Below are positions 63,054 through 64,000 of a stretch of DNA of 64,000 nucleotides, piece by piece. Under the pieces are notes generated by a model. The model did no database searches and was not told where the DNA came from. It saw only the letters and a list, made by a program, of their open reading frames with translations. Both the position numbers and the translations under genes were made by a program. How positions within the stretch are numbered: the stretch's first letter is position 1; every line of letters begins with the position of its first letter. This DNA comes from Gammaproteobacteria bacterium (GTDB taxonomy: Bacteria; Pseudomonadota; Gammaproteobacteria; Steroidobacterales; Steroidobacteraceae), in contig JBDTUL010000001.1 of the NCBI GenBank assembly GCA_040007735.1, positions 3,933 through 67,932 of the forward strand, given 5' to 3'.

Positions 63054-64000
63054 CTATTTGAGGTGGTAATCGACCTGCAGACCGAAGGTTCTGGGCCTGA
63101 TGCGGTCGTTCCATTCGTCCAGCCCCGGGAATTCCGGAAACGGCGAGCGATCATAGCCGTTGAGGTTGTCCACGTAAGCCATCGCCGACCAGTGCGCAGG
63201 GGCTTCAACTGAGAAGCTCGCGCGTGAGATGAACATGTCGCTCGCCCTGACGACCGCTCCATTGAGGATGCCGTTCTCCATGGCCGAAGTGTAGTTGCCG
63301 GATAGCGCAAACTTGCCGCGATATCCGTCTCCACCGAGTGGCATCGAATACTGGATCGAACCGCCTGCGGTGTATTCAGGAGACCGGCTCAGGCGTTGAC
63401 CCTGCCCGAACAGCACACCGTCTGCGGACACCACATCCTTGTCGAAGGTCAGATCGTTCCAGCCAAAATCGAGTGCCAGCACCAATCCCTCTACCGGCTG
63501 GGTCGACACGGCAAACTCAGCTCCTACTCCGCTTGCGGACTGCGCGTTGACGAACGCACCGAAGCTCGCGCCCTGATAGAGCACCGTCAATGACTGCTGC
63601 ACGTCATTCCACTTGATGTAGTAGACGGCGGCGTCGAACGAAACGCGACGATCCCACAGGCTTCCCTTCGCGCCGATCTCGTAGTTGTTGAGTTTGTCGG
63701 GCTTCACCGGAGGAAATTCCGGCGCGGCCTGCAGCACCACCGGTTGCTGGCCAAAGCCGCTGCGGAAGCCCTGCGAGTAGGATGTATAGAGAGTAAGGTC
63801 TTGATCCGCAAACCAGGTGAGCACGACCCGCGGGGTGGTGGAATCGAACGACGCGGTGAAATGATCCGCGGTCACACCCGGAGGCGGCTGGTTGTCCGTT
63901 GTCGACTCGTCGTCGTTGAAATAGCGCAGGCCCACTGTCCATTGCAACCGGTCGCCGAAGAAGCGCCGGCTCAGCTCGCCGAAGACCGCGAAGGATTTGG
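63054..64000 (-). CDS. TonB-dependent receptor, C-terminal part (5' end beyond window)
   Basis: Beta-barrel repeat pattern ending in ...RPRTFGLQVDYHLK. The reading frame stays open upstream of the ORF-track Met to the window edge (FAVFGELSRRFFGDRLQWTVGLRYF). Confidence 0.8.
   Translation of the reverse strand, partial: KSFAVFGELSRRFFGDRLQWTVGLRYFNDDESTTDNQPPPGVTADHFTASFDSTTPRVVLTWFADQDLTLYTSYSQGFRSGFGQQPVVLQAAPEFPPVKPDKLNNYEIGAKGSLWDRRVSFDAAVYYIKWNDVQQSLTVLYQGASFGAFVNAQSASGVGAEFAVSTQPVEGLVLALDFGWNDLTFDKDVVSADGVLFGQGQRLSRSPEYTAGGSIQYSMPLGGDGYRGKFALSGNYTSAMENGILNGAVVRASDMFISRASFSVEAPAHWSAMAYVDNLNGYDRSPFPEFPGLDEWNDRIRPRTFGLQVDYHLK

Noticed and set aside
1-64000. Search by eye for rRNA, tRNA, CRISPR arrays, IS elements with terminal inverted repeats, and toxin-antitoxin or classic defence-system gene pairs
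   Set aside because: None was recognised. The only short repeats are the two-copy 16-mer at 52351..52391, which has too few copies and no spacer periodicity for CRISPR, and the promoter boxes reported above.

Overview
High-GC (roughly 65%) proteobacterial chromosomal window, almost fully coding. All functional calls rest on family signatures recalled from memory and read off the supplied translations. No database search was run.

Left to right:
(i) A sulfide-handling operon. A type I sulfide:quinone oxidoreductase sits inside an RND efflux operon, behind rhodanese and DUF2892 genes. The operon ends in a decayed outer-membrane-factor gene abutting an orphan cydX.
(ii) osmC, hemN and a complete cbb3 oxidase cluster, ccoNOQP-orf-ccoGHIS.
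(iii) An orphan ligAB pair and an L,D-transpeptidase.
(iv) A ~30 kb hypoxia/dormancy-type island (about 19.9-49.9 kb) headed by a heme-PAS FixL/FixJ pair. It holds:
- six intact tandem-USP genes plus two decayed ones;
- a Pat-like acetyltransferase, a flavodoxin, a DksA/TraR protein and an eRF1-like small protein;
- a LOG/PpnN-like protein, an APH-like kinase/P-loop fusion and a beta-CASP MBL hydrolase;
- DUF883, CBS, PilZ and BON proteins, class II RNR NrdJ, Hsp20 and MgtC/DUF4010;
- several small c-type cytochrome genes or remnants, and two P-type ATPase wrecks.
Its promoters carry a recurrent box, long form CTAAG..N..CTACGG and short form CTAAGGAnTCnTTCGTATGT. I consider this the most interesting signal in the window.
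(v) A degraded ICE/genomic-island scar (traI', int', xthA').
(vi) A P450 gene and a D-amino-acid/D-peptide utilisation locus ending in a partial TonB-dependent receptor.

No rRNA, tRNA or CRISPR array was recognised.
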